This document shows, piece after piece, positions 25,383-35,527 of a stretch of DNA of 64,000 nt. The notes beneath the pieces were generated by a model. It saw only the letters and a list, made by a program, of their open reading frames with translations. It did not search any database and was not told where the DNA came from. A program made the position numbers and the translations under genes. Location: the IMG/VR virus record IMGVR_UViG_3300045256_000567, one strand, 5' to 3'. The DNA is from a virus. Each line of letters starts with the position of its first letter. Position 1 is the first letter of the stretch.

Positions 25383-25905
25383 AAAAATTTACTTAGATAT
25401 AGATGGTGTAGTTGCTGATATAGTAGGACGTATAGTACAGCTAGGATTTCCCATACCGAAAACTTATACTTTTCAAGAGTACAATAAAACCGATAGATTG
25501 TATTTGAAAAATTTGTTTGATACACCAAATTTTAATTTAAGTTTGAATGTATTACCAAGTGCAAAAGATGCTGTAGATTTGCTGGAAAAACTTGATCTTT
25601 TTGGTGGATTTTTAACTAGTAGAACCTCCTCTAAAGAAGTTATAACCTCAACAAAAAAATGGTTAACTAATCACGGTTTTAGCGATAATGTAATTTTTAG
25701 AAAAGATAAACATGAATATTTAAAAGAAGTTAATGCATTAGGTATTGTAGAGGATAATCCATTAATTGTACCTTTATTAAAGAAGTATAACATAGTTTAT
25801 GTTATTGTTTCCTGCCCATATAATGAAGGCGTTTTACCAAGGGCAAATAATACATTAGATGCAGTTAAAAAGTTAATTAAAATACTGCAAAAAGGAATAT
25901 TTTGA
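25375..25905 (+). CDS. HAD-family 5'(3')-deoxyribonucleotidase
   Basis: DIDGVVAD, LTSR, VEDNP, PYN. Confidence 0.85.
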   Translation: MSRKIYLDIDGVVADIVGRIVQLGFPIPKTYTFQEYNKTDRLYLKNLFDTPNFNLSLNVLPSAKDAVDLLEKLDLFGGFLTSRTSSKEVITSTKKWLTNHGFSDNVIFRKDKHEYLKEVNALGIVEDNPLIVPLLKKYNIVYVIVSCPYNEGVLPRANNTLDAVKKLIKILQKGIF

Positions 25906-25931
25906 TATATAGTTAAAAAATAGAGGATTTT

Positions 25932-27053
25932 ATGTTCGAAAAGCTAAACATCATAGAAAAGTTTTTAAACGACCATCATAAAAAAATTTCTAATTACCAA
26001 CAAAGTTACATATTAAATAATCAACATTTAATTTACAGTTTTAAAGATTATTTATTAATTCAAGGAGTTTTTACAGGAAATAGCAGAAAAAATATAGATA
26101 CTTCAACTAAAGTAACAGATGTTTATGGGAATAAAGTTACTTTATCAATACCTTTTGTATCTTCTGCAATGAAATTTTTCGGAAATGAATTTATTAATTC
26201 TTTAAAGAAAATAAAAGAAGAAAAAAATCTATTTATTCTTCATTTTTATCCCAGAGTAGGAGTAAACTTATTAGAAATAAAAGATATCTTAAAAGATTTT
26301 AAATTTTCAGTATCTATAGGAGTTAATACTGATTTAAGAATAATTGAAGAATTGATGAGTACAAACAACGTAGTTTTTATTTCTTTAGATATTGCGCATG
26401 GAGCTATTAGACCGGCTGCTAAAAAAATTTTGGAACTTTCGCAGCTTACAAAAACCGGTATTGTTTGGGGTAATTTCGGTTCTATAGAATCTATACTTTA
26501 TGCTTTGTTGATTTTTAAAGAAGCAAATATTGAAGATGGTTATATTAAACTTGGTATAGGAAGTGGAAGTGCGTGTACAACTAGAATGAATGCTGGTGTT
26601 GGTATGTCTAATATGTTATTGATTAATATGTATAAAGAATTTTTTGAAGGATACGATTTTTACGAATTAAGAAAAGATTTAGAATTACATGATCTAGATT
26701 ACGTTAAAACAATTCTCGATGGAGGCTTTAGAAGTTATGGAGATTTAAATAAAGCCGCTGTTTTTTCTGATTTGGTTATGACTGGACAATTGTTTATAAG
26801 CGAAGAAATGGAAGGTAATATTTATTACGGCATGGCTTCTGAAGAAGCTAAAAAATTAGAAAATAAAAGCGGGTATGTAGAAGGAAATAAATATTTAGTT
26901 AGAGAAAAGAAATCCCTTATAGAAATTGTTGAAAGTATGCAGCAAAACCTTAGATCTGCTATTAGTTATGTAGGTGCGGAAAATTTAGAGCAATTTCGTA
27001 ACAAAGCTAGTGTAGTTTTGTCTAGGACTAGCGAGGAAGGTTTTTGGAAATAG
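25932..27053 (+). CDS. IMP dehydrogenase/GMP reductase-family protein
   Basis: DIAHG, GIGSGSACTTR, DGG, YYGMAS, LRSAISYVGA. Confidence 0.88.
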   Translation: MFEKLNIIEKFLNDHHKKISNYQQSYILNNQHLIYSFKDYLLIQGVFTGNSRKNIDTSTKVTDVYGNKVTLSIPFVSSAMKFFGNEFINSLKKIKEEKNLFILHFYPRVGVNLLEIKDILKDFKFSVSIGVNTDLRIIEELMSTNNVVFISLDIAHGAIRPAAKKILELSQLTKTGIVWGNFGSIESILYALLIFKEANIEDGYIKLGIGSGSACTTRMNAGVGMSNMLLINMYKEFFEGYDFYELRKDLELHDLDYVKTILDGGFRSYGDLNKAAVFSDLVMTGQLFISEEMEGNIYYGMASEEAKKLENKSGYVEGNKYLVREKKSLIEIVESMQQNLRSAISYVGAENLEQFRNKASVVLSRTSEEGFWK

Positions 27054-27100
27054 GTATATAGACTATATGGTTTTTGTATGGTAGCATATGTATTGTGGAT

Positions 27101-28450
27101 ATGGTTAAGAGCTCTTTAAACGCTGGCGATGTAAAAGATCAGGACAGATATTTTATAGAACTTGAAATATTATTTGCTTCAATAAAACATAAAAATAAAT
27201 TTCTCGGTCACGTAAATTTTTTAAATAAAGAATATTTTATTTATTTTTCAGAAGCTTTTGAATATGTAAAAGATCATCATATAGAACCTGTATCTGCTAT
27301 TCTTTCTGATTTAATATCAAGAAAGTTAATTTCAAAGGAAGATTTAGATCTTTTTGATCAAATTGTTCCCGATGAAAGCGATTTAAAAATCACACGACAA
27401 TACGCAGATTGGCTACAAAAATCTTATAAAAGAGAAAAAGCATTAAACGCTTTACAAAAAATTTCTCTTTCTAAGAATTATGACCTTGAAAGTATTTATA
27501 AAAGTCTTAAAAATATAATTGATGAAATTTCGATAAGTACATCATCTTCATCTATTTTAGGTATAGAAGATATGTACAATGAATTTACTAATGATCAAAA
27601 AAAGCCCGAAACATATAGATTTGGGTTTAGATTTACTGGACGATCTTTAGATGATTATGTATATGACATGATACCTGGCAATACTATAGTTATTGGTGCT
27701 AGACCTGGTATCGGTAAAACTTTATTATCAATACATGTTGCTTTGAGTCATGCAATTGAAGATACTCCTGTGCACATGATTTCTTTTGAAATGACAAAAG
27801 CACAGATTTTTGGTAGATTGATTTCTATGGTTTCAAAAATACCCGCACATAAAATTTTTAAAAAACAATTAGATGAAGATGATTTAGAAACAATTAGATT
27901 AACCACAGAGTCTATGAAAACTTGGCCTTTATACTTTACTTCCACAAGTGACGGAAACATAGAATCTATAGAATCTTTAATAAGAAGGAGTGTGTATGAA
28001 AATGGAACTAAGATGTTCATCATTGATTATCTGCAATTGATGAGTAATCCTAGATTTTTTGGAAATAGACATCTTGAAATTGGTTCAATAGCTCAAAAAT
28101 TAAAAACTCTAGCTATTGAATTAGACACATGCATAATAGAAATATCTCAATTATCCAGAAAACTTAATGAAGAACCTGAAATTGATGATCTTAAAGAAAG
28201 TGGCGATATTGAACAAGCCGCATCAATGATTGCATTGTTGTCAAATATAAAAGATGAAAAAATAGATGATAATGGAGTTGTAAAGAGATATATAAAACTA
28301 GCAGTAAAAAAGCAAAGAAATGGTCCTTTATTTTCTTCTGTTGTTTCTTACGATACAAGAAGTTTTGATTTTACCGCAGAAGAACTTACTTTAGGTATAT
28401 CTAGTAAAAAACGTTCAAACGAAAAATCTAAGAATAGAGAAGAGGAATAG
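27101..28450 (+). CDS. dnaB: DnaB-like replicative helicase
   Basis: GARPGIGKT, SFEM, IDYLQL, SQLSR, LKESGDIEQ, KQRNGP. Confidence 0.95.
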   Translation: MVKSSLNAGDVKDQDRYFIELEILFASIKHKNKFLGHVNFLNKEYFIYFSEAFEYVKDHHIEPVSAILSDLISRKLISKEDLDLFDQIVPDESDLKITRQYADWLQKSYKREKALNALQKISLSKNYDLESIYKSLKNIIDEISISTSSSSILGIEDMYNEFTNDQKKPETYRFGFRFTGRSLDDYVYDMIPGNTIVIGARPGIGKTLLSIHVALSHAIEDTPVHMISFEMTKAQIFGRLISMVSKIPAHKIFKKQLDEDDLETIRLTTESMKTWPLYFTSTSDGNIESIESLIRRSVYENGTKMFIIDYLQLMSNPRFFGNRHLEIGSIAQKLKTLAIELDTCIIEISQLSRKLNEEPEIDDLKESGDIEQAASMIALLSNIKDEKIDDNGVVKRYIKLAVKKQRNGPLFSSVVSYDTRSFDFTAEELTLGISSKKRSNEKSKNREEE

Positions 28451-28475
28451 ATCTTAAATCGCAAAATTTTGAGGT

Positions 28476-29703
28476 GTGACGACTCCCAATTCTAAAGAAT
28501 TGGGCTTCTCGTAATTAACGAAGGCTCCGTCCAAGCCTTAGCCAAGATATTTTGTGCCGCTGCAATATCCCGATGAAGGGTTGTATTGCATTTTGCACAG
28601 GTATAGGTACGTATCCAAAGAGGATGCTTTTCTCGATTACCGCAAACAGGACAGTCTTGGCTTGTGTATTTTGGGTCTACTTTTATTACTTGCCTACCAG
28701 CTTCTTCCGCTTTGTAGGCAAGTATTGCTAGGAATTGCGCCCAACCTGCATCTAGGACACCTTTAGCTGTTCTAGTTTGGGCGAGTTGTTTTATATCTAG
28801 GTCTTCGTGTACTATGGTTCCATATTTATTCACCAAGTCTTTTGCTACCTTGTGATGAAAATCCTTTCTTTGGTTTGCTATTTTCTTGTGGATTTTAGCA
28901 ACCAGTCTTTTAGCTTTGTTCCTTCTGTTGCTACCAGGTTTTCTTTTTGAAACTATTTTCTGTGCTTTGGAGAGTGTTTTTTCATACTTCTTGAAATACC
29001 TAGGAGCAGGAACCATTTCACTGTCAGAGGTGGTTAGGAAGTTTGGGTTAGTACCAAGGTCTATTCCAACTGCATCTTGGTTTACAGGAAGTTTTTTTGG
29101 TTCTGTGATACAGGTGAAAATTATATACCATTCATCATTCTCCCTTTTTATAGAAGCTGTCTTTATTTGACCTTCAAGCGGTCTGTGAAACTTGCATTTG
29201 ATAGAACCAATCTTATGCACCAAAACTCTGTTTTTACCTTCTTGAATCTTGATTCCTGTTACGTTTGCTTGAGGAAAAGTAAAGCTGTCATATCTTCCTT
29301 CGCCTTTGAACCTTGGATATCCTGGTGTTTCACCTTTTTTGATACGCCTAAAAAACCCTTGGTAGGCTTTGTCTACCCTTTTCAATACATCCTGAAGAAC
29401 CTGTGCATTTACATTCTTGTATTCTGGACGCTCTTCCTTCAAACTAGGTAGTTGGTTAGCTTGTTCATAGTAACCAATGCTTTTCTTGTGGGTTTTGTAT
29501 AATTCCTTTCTTTTTTCCAAAGCAGTATTGTACAGTTGACGACACAGAAACAAGGTTTTCTCTAAATCCTTGATCTGAGGCTTGGTTGGATACAGACGGT
29601 ATTTGAAGGACTTGATCATTACTAAACTATATTGTATCATATTAATAGTACGCGTTTGCATTCATCCTACACCTAAAGGTGTGGGTTTTCTGCAAACTGT
29701 TCT
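28476..29703 (-). mobile_element. IS200/IS605-family tnpB-only element, copy 2
   Basis: TTAT at 29707-29704, LE hairpin, tnpB, RE ending TCAC at 28476. Confidence 0.92.
28492..29619 (-). CDS. tnpB: TnpB (copy 2)
   Basis: Same motifs as copy 1; start set to MIKSF. Confidence 0.96.
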   Translation of the reverse strand: MIKSFKYRLYPTKPQIKDLEKTLFLCRQLYNTALEKRKELYKTHKKSIGYYEQANQLPSLKEERPEYKNVNAQVLQDVLKRVDKAYQGFFRRIKKGETPGYPRFKGEGRYDSFTFPQANVTGIKIQEGKNRVLVHKIGSIKCKFHRPLEGQIKTASIKRENDEWYIIFTCITEPKKLPVNQDAVGIDLGTNPNFLTTSDSEMVPAPRYFKKYEKTLSKAQKIVSKRKPGSNRRNKAKRLVAKIHKKIANQRKDFHHKVAKDLVNKYGTIVHEDLDIKQLAQTRTAKGVLDAGWAQFLAILAYKAEEAGRQVIKVDPKYTSQDCPVCGNREKHPLWIRTYTCAKCNTTLHRDIAAAQNILAKAWTEPSLITRSPIL

Positions 29704-29732
29704 ATAATGTTAATGTTAATAGGAGCCAAAAA

Positions 29733-30329
29733 ATGACTGAAGTAGAAAAAGCAAAAATAAGAATAGAACTTACAAAGCCATTTCCTGATGATGCAATATC
29801 ATTAAGGTTAGATAGAAAGTTATCTAGTGGATCATTTCTTGCTGTACCATATTTAGATGTAAGATACATTGTTTATAGATTAAATAGTTTAATACCTGGT
29901 CTTTGGACTTTAAAAACAGAAATACATCCTTTACAAATTTCTTTTGGTTCTGATCATGTTGCTGCCGGTCATACTGCAATTGTAACATTGACTATTATGG
30001 ATGTTTCAATGACTGGAACTGGATCTTCATATTTGGTATATGATGAACAGGTAGACAAACTAAGAAAACAAGATGTAAAGCTAGATCCAAAATCCTCAGA
30101 AACCGATGCAATAAGAAGAGCAGCCGCTAATCACGGAATTGGGCTTTATTTATGGTTTGTAAGAGATCCAATTTTTGTTAAAGATCAGGAAGAAATTAGA
30201 TCGCGTAATTCTCCCAACATCAAAAAAGCCTTAGAAAATATCAGACTTCAAGGAAAAAAGATGTACGAAGATACAAAATCATACTTTGAAAAAGAAGGAA
30301 AGTTGATGTTTGGGGGTATAAATGGTTGA
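29733..30329 (+). CDS. Rad52/Rad22-family single-strand annealing protein
   Basis: LTKPF, YLDVRYIVYRLN, KSSETDAIRRAAANHGIGLYLW. Confidence 0.88.
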   Translation: MTEVEKAKIRIELTKPFPDDAISLRLDRKLSSGSFLAVPYLDVRYIVYRLNSLIPGLWTLKTEIHPLQISFGSDHVAAGHTAIVTLTIMDVSMTGTGSSYLVYDEQVDKLRKQDVKLDPKSSETDAIRRAAANHGIGLYLWFVRDPIFVKDQEEIRSRNSPNIKKALENIRLQGKKMYEDTKSYFEKEGKLMFGGING

Positions 30330-31308
30330 GGATATTTTAAAGAAGTTTAGAAAAAAGTTTAGTGAAGATGATATAAAAATAGCCAAAGAAGTAAGGAATG
30401 ATAAAGAAGAAGTAGTGTCTACTGGCATCCTCACAGTTGACTATGCTTTAGGGATTGGTGGTCTTCCTTTAGGAAAAATATATGAGCTTTATGGTCAAGA
30501 ATCGTCTGGTAAAACATCTTTGTCTCTTATAATTGCATCTCAAATGCAGAAAAAGGGAAAAACATGCGCGTTTATAGATGCAGAAAATTCTTTTGATCCT
30601 GATTGGGCGGCAACTTTAGGCGTAGATATTGATAATCTTATAATTGTAAATCCTATGTCTTTGGAAGATTCTCTTGATAAAGTTGAATTTTTAATATCAA
30701 ACGGTGTAGGATTCATAGTTTATGATTCTGTTGTTGCTGCACCTACTGTATCTCAAAATTCCGGTGAATATGGAGACACACATGTAGGAGTAAGAGCACG
30801 AGTTCTTAGCAATGCACTTTCAAAAATGATTCCTGTATTGAGAAAAAATTTAGCTTCTATTCTCTTTATTAATCAAGTTAGAGAAAAGATAGGTGTATAT
30901 GGAAATCCTGAAACAACTCCTGGAGGTAGGGCATTAAAGTTTTTTTCATCTATAAGAATGAATACAAGAAAAAGATCAATTAAAGGTGAAGAATTTCCTG
31001 TAGGAGATGAAATATTTATAACTATAGAAAAAAATAAGTTTGCTCCACCACAAAGGAAAGCAAAATTTTTGCTGTTTTACGATGGAAAATATTCTATAGA
31101 TTATGTGGAGTTATTGCAAAAATTAGAAATAGTAGAAAAAACGGGTGCTTGGTATAATGAAAAAGTTACTGGTAAAAGATTTCATGGCGCATCTGCAATG
31201 CTTGAAGAAATAATGAATAACCAAGACTATAAAAATATAATGGAACAAAAAATAAAAGAAAAAATTTCTTCTGTTGATGTTTTATCTGAAAACGACCATG
31301 ACGAATAA
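30322..31308 (+). CDS. recA: RecA recombinase
   Basis: GQESSGKT, FIDAE, NQVREKIGVYGNPETTPGGRALKF. Confidence 0.96.
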   Translation: MVEDILKKFRKKFSEDDIKIAKEVRNDKEEVVSTGILTVDYALGIGGLPLGKIYELYGQESSGKTSLSLIIASQMQKKGKTCAFIDAENSFDPDWAATLGVDIDNLIIVNPMSLEDSLDKVEFLISNGVGFIVYDSVVAAPTVSQNSGEYGDTHVGVRARVLSNALSKMIPVLRKNLASILFINQVREKIGVYGNPETTPGGRALKFFSSIRMNTRKRSIKGEEFPVGDEIFITIEKNKFAPPQRKAKFLLFYDGKYSIDYVELLQKLEIVEKTGAWYNEKVTGKRFHGASAMLEEIMNNQDYKNIMEQKIKEKISSVDVLSENDHDE

Positions 31309-31795
31309 TAATTGCGAAGATTTAAAAAATTTATTAAGAGAGAAAAAATTTAAAGAATTAGGAAAAGAATATTTAAAATTTATTCATGAATTAGAATGTA
31401 TAGTATGTTACTCTAATATAGACTTACAAATAAAAAATGAGCTAAAGAATACTTTAATTGCTCATCATGAAAATTTATCTTTTTGCTTTTCTGGGTACAA
31501 AAGAATAACTGATTTTACAGCAATACCTTTATGTGAATTTCATCATAAAAACAGACACAAAGAAGGTTTTTCTATTTATAAAAAGTGGTTTGGAGATGAA
31601 AAATATGTTTTTTTGTGGGTGTTTACAATATTGGAAATATTTTTTTCTAGAAAAAATTATGTAAACATAAATCTTGTGCTACATACTTTAATGAAATCTA
31701 TGAAACATGAAAAAATTGATCTGTTGACTTTAAAACAGAAGTTTGATAGTGTATTATTGGGAATAAAAGATGGCGAACAAGATACAGATATTTGA
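31298..31795 (+). CDS. DUF968/HNH-like zinc-binding protein
   Basis: CIVC...AHH...AIPLCEFHH...H. Confidence 0.65.
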   Translation: MTNNNCEDLKNLLREKKFKELGKEYLKFIHELECIVCYSNIDLQIKNELKNTLIAHHENLSFCFSGYKRITDFTAIPLCEFHHKNRHKEGFSIYKKWFGDEKYVFLWVFTILEIFFSRKNYVNINLVLHTLMKSMKHEKIDLLTLKQKFDSVLLGIKDGEQDTDI

Positions 31796-32282
31796 AAAAT
31801 TGTTCGAAGAAATAAATGAAGCATATAGAATAAATTTTAATGATATAGCTTCATCTCTTTACCTTCCTGTAGAAGGTAATGGATTTATTGATTTTTCGGT
31901 TGTTGATTCTTTCACTCCAGAGGAATTATCAAAAGCACTTTTTACTACAATATCTTGGTTAGATCATATAAATTATAAGAAAAGTCTTATTGAGGCTATT
32001 GTTCATTCTAAACAAATTGAATTGAACACTAAATCAGCGGCGCTTTCTATAGAAATAAGAGCTAATATACAAAATGAAACTGGAAAAAAAGTTACGAATA
32101 GCGAGGTAGAAAGCATCATTTCTATAAACGAAGAAATAATGGGAATGAATAGAAAAATAGAGATTTATAAATCTTATTTACATTACTTAGAAGGTTTATA
32201 TAAAGTAATGGAAATACTACATTATTCCGTAAAATTTAGGCTAGATCAACTAAACACAAATCTAAGAAAGAATAGTTTTTGA
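31770..32282 (+). CDS. Hypothetical coiled-coil protein (possible recombination mediator)
   Basis: 170 aa, helical, in the recA cluster. Confidence 0.6.
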   Translation: MANKIQIFEKLFEEINEAYRINFNDIASSLYLPVEGNGFIDFSVVDSFTPEELSKALFTTISWLDHINYKKSLIEAIVHSKQIELNTKSAALSIEIRANIQNETGKKVTNSEVESIISINEEIMGMNRKIEIYKSYLHYLEGLYKVMEILHYSVKFRLDQLNTNLRKNSF

Positions 32283-32285
32283 AAT

Positions 32286-33101
32286 ATGCGCGGAGAAATA
32301 ATAAATCTATCTTATGGTGGCTTTGTTCAATTGGTAGATTATATGGGATCAGATGAAACAATTGCAAATTCTGCAAGAGTTTCTTATGGCGGTAAAAAGA
32401 AAAGATCAGATGAAGATTTAATAAAATATTTACTTAGAAATGAACATATGTCTCCATTCGAAATGGTAGAATTTATGTTCATTATTAAAGTACCAATTTT
32501 TGTTGCTAGGCAAATGTTTAGACATAGAACGGCATCATTTAACGAAATTAGCGGAAGATATACTCAATATGAAGAAGAATTTTTTGTACCCAATGAATAT
32601 AGAATAGATTCTCAAACTAACAAACAAGAGTCAGAATTAATAGAAAATGAAAACTATTTAGAAGAAGTGAAAGTATTGGTAGACGATATAAACAAAAAGT
32701 CTTTTGAAGTATATAACAAACTTCTACACGAAAAAAAATTAACAAAAGAGTTGTCTAGAACAGTGCTTCCTTTAGGAACATTTACTAAGTATTATTATAA
32801 ACAGGATTTAAGAAATCTTATGAATTTTTTGAGGTTACGATTAGATAATCATGCACAGAAAGAAATAAGAGAAGTCGCCAATGCAATAGAGTATTTTGTC
32901 AAAAATATAACACCAATCACATACAGCGCTTTCAAGAGCTATATTATGGAGTCTATGAGGATAAGCAGAGAAGACCTACACTGCTTACCCAAAGAGGAGA
33001 GGATAAAAATATTAGAGGCTTTTAAAAACATGATACAATATCAAACTTCAAAAACTCGAAAAAAAGAGCTAGAAAGAATGCTTGAGGTATTGTTTGCATA
33101 G
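32286..33101 (+). CDS. thyX: Flavin-dependent thymidylate synthase
   Basis: ARVSY, HMSPFE, RHRTASFNEISGRY, HAQKEIR. Confidence 0.96.
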   Translation: MRGEIINLSYGGFVQLVDYMGSDETIANSARVSYGGKKKRSDEDLIKYLLRNEHMSPFEMVEFMFIIKVPIFVARQMFRHRTASFNEISGRYTQYEEEFFVPNEYRIDSQTNKQESELIENENYLEEVKVLVDDINKKSFEVYNKLLHEKKLTKELSRTVLPLGTFTKYYYKQDLRNLMNFLRLRLDNHAQKEIREVANAIEYFVKNITPITYSAFKSYIMESMRISREDLHCLPKEERIKILEAFKNMIQYQTSKTRKKELERMLEVLFA

Positions 33102-33112
33102 GGAGGGGAAAC

Positions 33113-33298
33113 GTGAAAATGTATATCGTGATGAAAATTTATAGTATAGAAGACGCTATTGATGCAGGGCCATTTAAGTTAAAATGGGCAGAAGATGAAG
33201 AAGAATGTAAAATTCTGTTTGCTTTTAAATCCAAAGAAAAAGCTCTAGAAATGGCCGGAGATCCTTCCCTTGTATTAGAAATTGAAACTATAGAATAA
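33113..33298 (+). CDS. Hypothetical protein
   Basis: 61 aa with GGAGG SD. Confidence 0.6.
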   Translation: MKMYIVMKIYSIEDAIDAGPFKLKWAEDEEECKILFAFKSKEKALEMAGDPSLVLEIETIE

Positions 33299-33306
33299 AA
33301 GTGATT

Positions 33307-33849
33307 ATGGAAAAAATTTTTTACACAAAAACAATTGAAACAGCTAAAGACCTTAAGCTTGATTATTCTAATAATGCAGGAATTGATTTATATCCAGATG
33401 TTAATAGCTGTCTAAAAAATTCTTCTGATTTTTATGAAAATTTTTCCAATTATTACGATTTTTACAGTAGCGAAGAGGGGACTTTAAAAGTTCTAATTAA
33501 AAAAGAGCCATCTGTAGTTATTGTAGACACACCATACGTATTTGCATTTCCAAAAAGCGTACACGGGATTGTACACGGACGTAGTGGAAATTTCTTTAAA
33601 AGTGGAATAAATGTGTTTAATGGAGTTATTGATTCCTCTTATAGAGGAAGTATAAAAATTGGACTGATTTTTAATAAAAAAGGTATATACAACATAGACA
33701 ATGAAAAAGCGGTAGCACAACTTGTACTTGTTGGAGTTTTAGGGGGTGGATTTAGCCTTGAGTACGTAGATAAAGATCAGTTCTATAGTGAGTTTTTTAA
33801 TACAGAGAGAAAAGATAAAGGGTTTGGATCTTCAGGGTACATCTCGTAA
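33307..33849 (+). CDS. dut: dUTPase
   Basis: AGIDL, GRSG, GVIDSSYRG, AQLV, RKDKGFGSSG. Confidence 0.93.
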   Translation: MEKIFYTKTIETAKDLKLDYSNNAGIDLYPDVNSCLKNSSDFYENFSNYYDFYSSEEGTLKVLIKKEPSVVIVDTPYVFAFPKSVHGIVHGRSGNFFKSGINVFNGVIDSSYRGSIKIGLIFNKKGIYNIDNEKAVAQLVLVGVLGGGFSLEYVDKDQFYSEFFNTERKDKGFGSSGYIS

Positions 33850-33904
33850 AATGTTGTAAATTTTGAGGTTTTGTGGTACAATATCATATAGGAGGAAGTC
33901 TGTC

Positions 33905-34507
33905 ATGATTACTGACAAAAACACGGCAATTTTAGTTGGTAAGTTGGGAAAGGTAAATCATAAAAACTTTGAAGTTGTTATTGACGATAAAAGGTTTGTA
34001 GTTGAGTTTACTAAAGAGTTTAATTCGGAGAAGTTTGCTAATTTAGATGGAAAAGATTTGTATGTACTAGTTGTAGGTATGCTTTCTAATGGTATGTCTA
34101 GAGATTTTGTGTATCCTACACACGTAATGTTCTCTAAGACTCCTCAAAAGGAAAGGAGAATTGTCTCTCTAACCGGAACAGTTTTTGGTGTATATGAATA
34201 CGATAAGCGATATCGTGTAATGTTGGATTCAAAAAATGTAAAAGTTACTAGAACCTTTCTTACCGTTTTCAAAAATCGCGGTTACGATTTAAACAAAGAT
34301 TTGGTAGGTAAGAAAATTATGGTTGATGGAATTTTAGATGTATATGAAGGTAAGTTTTCTGTTATAGCAGATTTCCTTTATACAGATCTAAAAGATGAGG
34401 AACTAGTCGCTCAATATAAAGAAGTAGATAATAACAGCGTAAATAGTGAAGAAAATAATAAATTTACAGAATCTGTACCAGACCATGAAGAGGACTTTGT
34501 TTTGTGA
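33905..34507 (+). CDS. ssb: Single-stranded DNA-binding protein (two OB-like folds, acidic tail)
   Basis: NTAILVGKL start, second OB-like repeat, C-terminal DHEEDFVL; TTGTAA-N17-TACAAT promoter. Confidence 0.7.
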   Translation: MITDKNTAILVGKLGKVNHKNFEVVIDDKRFVVEFTKEFNSEKFANLDGKDLYVLVVGMLSNGMSRDFVYPTHVMFSKTPQKERRIVSLTGTVFGVYEYDKRYRVMLDSKNVKVTRTFLTVFKNRGYDLNKDLVGKKIMVDGILDVYEGKFSVIADFLYTDLKDEELVAQYKEVDNNSVNSEENNKFTESVPDHEEDFVL

Positions 34508-34515
34508 GGTGAATC

Positions 34516-34731
34516 ATGAAGTATAAACTAAACGATGTAAGCGCAAAGGAACTAGAAGACTTTACCGTAAATCTAGAAGAAGAGTATAGACTTTTGTTGA
34601 TGTCTCTACAAAAAATTTCCAATGGAAAGAAAGTTGGACTTAGTGCTACTAGAAAACATTCTCTAGAACTACAGAATCTATTGAAGAATTTGAGAAAAGC
34701 GTTGAGAAATTTTGAATTTGAGCAGGTTTAA
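34516..34731 (+). CDS. Small protein resembling the Hc1/histone H1-like N-terminal domain
   Basis: GKKVGLSATRKHSLELQNLLKNLRK. Confidence 0.5.
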   Translation: MKYKLNDVSAKELEDFTVNLEEEYRLLLMSLQKISNGKKVGLSATRKHSLELQNLLKNLRKALRNFEFEQV

Positions 34732-34752
34732 TCATTTTTAATTTTTCTAATA

Positions 34753-34789
34753 AAAGCCTAGCAAAAACTTATGCTAGGCTTTGTTTTTT
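34753..34789 (+). terminator. Intrinsic terminator
   Basis: AAAGCCTAGCA...TGCTAGGCTTT followed by a T-rich tract. Confidence 0.75.
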
Positions 34790-34824
34790 CAAAATGGCGG
34801 TATTTGTATTTAAAATTGTATGTC

Positions 34825-34845
34825 TTCTGCAAATTTTGCTATAAT
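34825..34845 (+). promoter_or_regulatory. LE-remnant extended -10 promoter upstream of the portal operon
   Basis: TTCTGCAAATTTTGCTATAAT matches the LE-junction promoter pattern but has no hairpin. Confidence 0.6.
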
Positions 34846-34867
34846 ATAATAGAAAATTTATCGTAAA

Positions 34868-35518
34868 ATGGATAATAGAATTGAAATAAATTTTGACAAT
34901 TATAACACTTCCGTTTATCAAAACGTAAAAAACGGAAAAAATAATATTTTAAAAATACTTTTTCCAATATTAGTAGCTATATATGTTGCTTACGTTTATA
35001 TTTATAAATTTTTAAAATCTAGAGTTCCATTTGTAAAAGATGAACATTATGCAGTATTAAAAAATGAAGCCTTTAATAATTATTTAGCTGATAAAAATAA
35101 TTATTTTTCAACTACAAGATATAAAGATGTTTCCAACTCATTTAACTTAAAAAATGAAATTCCAGAAACTATAAGTGAATATTATGAAAACTCTACTACG
35201 AAAGAAGGTATAATAAATTTTATATTTTACGAAGCTTTTCTTCCTTCATGTCTTAATATTTATTATGATCCAGATATCTGTACTAGCTTAAAATACAAAT
35301 ATAATGTGTTTTTGTTTTATTATGGAAATAATTATGACAATAATACTTTGGTGTTTTCAAATTTAAGCTTGCCTTATACTTTAGGTATAAGTGTAGATTC
35401 TCAAAATAATGAAATTATAAAAAGAGTTGTTTATTCAGATTACTTTGTTAAAAGTATAAATAATCTTTTTTCTTCTCATCTTGTATTCTATAAATTAGAG
35501 TTTTTAACTATAACTTAA
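34868..35518 (+). CDS. Hypothetical protein
   Basis: 216-aa ORF. Confidence 0.7.
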   Translation: MDNRIEINFDNYNTSVYQNVKNGKNNILKILFPILVAIYVAYVYIYKFLKSRVPFVKDEHYAVLKNEAFNNYLADKNNYFSTTRYKDVSNSFNLKNEIPETISEYYENSTTKEGIINFIFYEAFLPSCLNIYYDPDICTSLKYKYNVFLFYYGNNYDNNTLVFSNLSLPYTLGISVDSQNNEIIKRVVYSDYFVKSINNLFSSHLVFYKLEFLTIT

Positions 35519-35527
35519 AGGAGCGCT

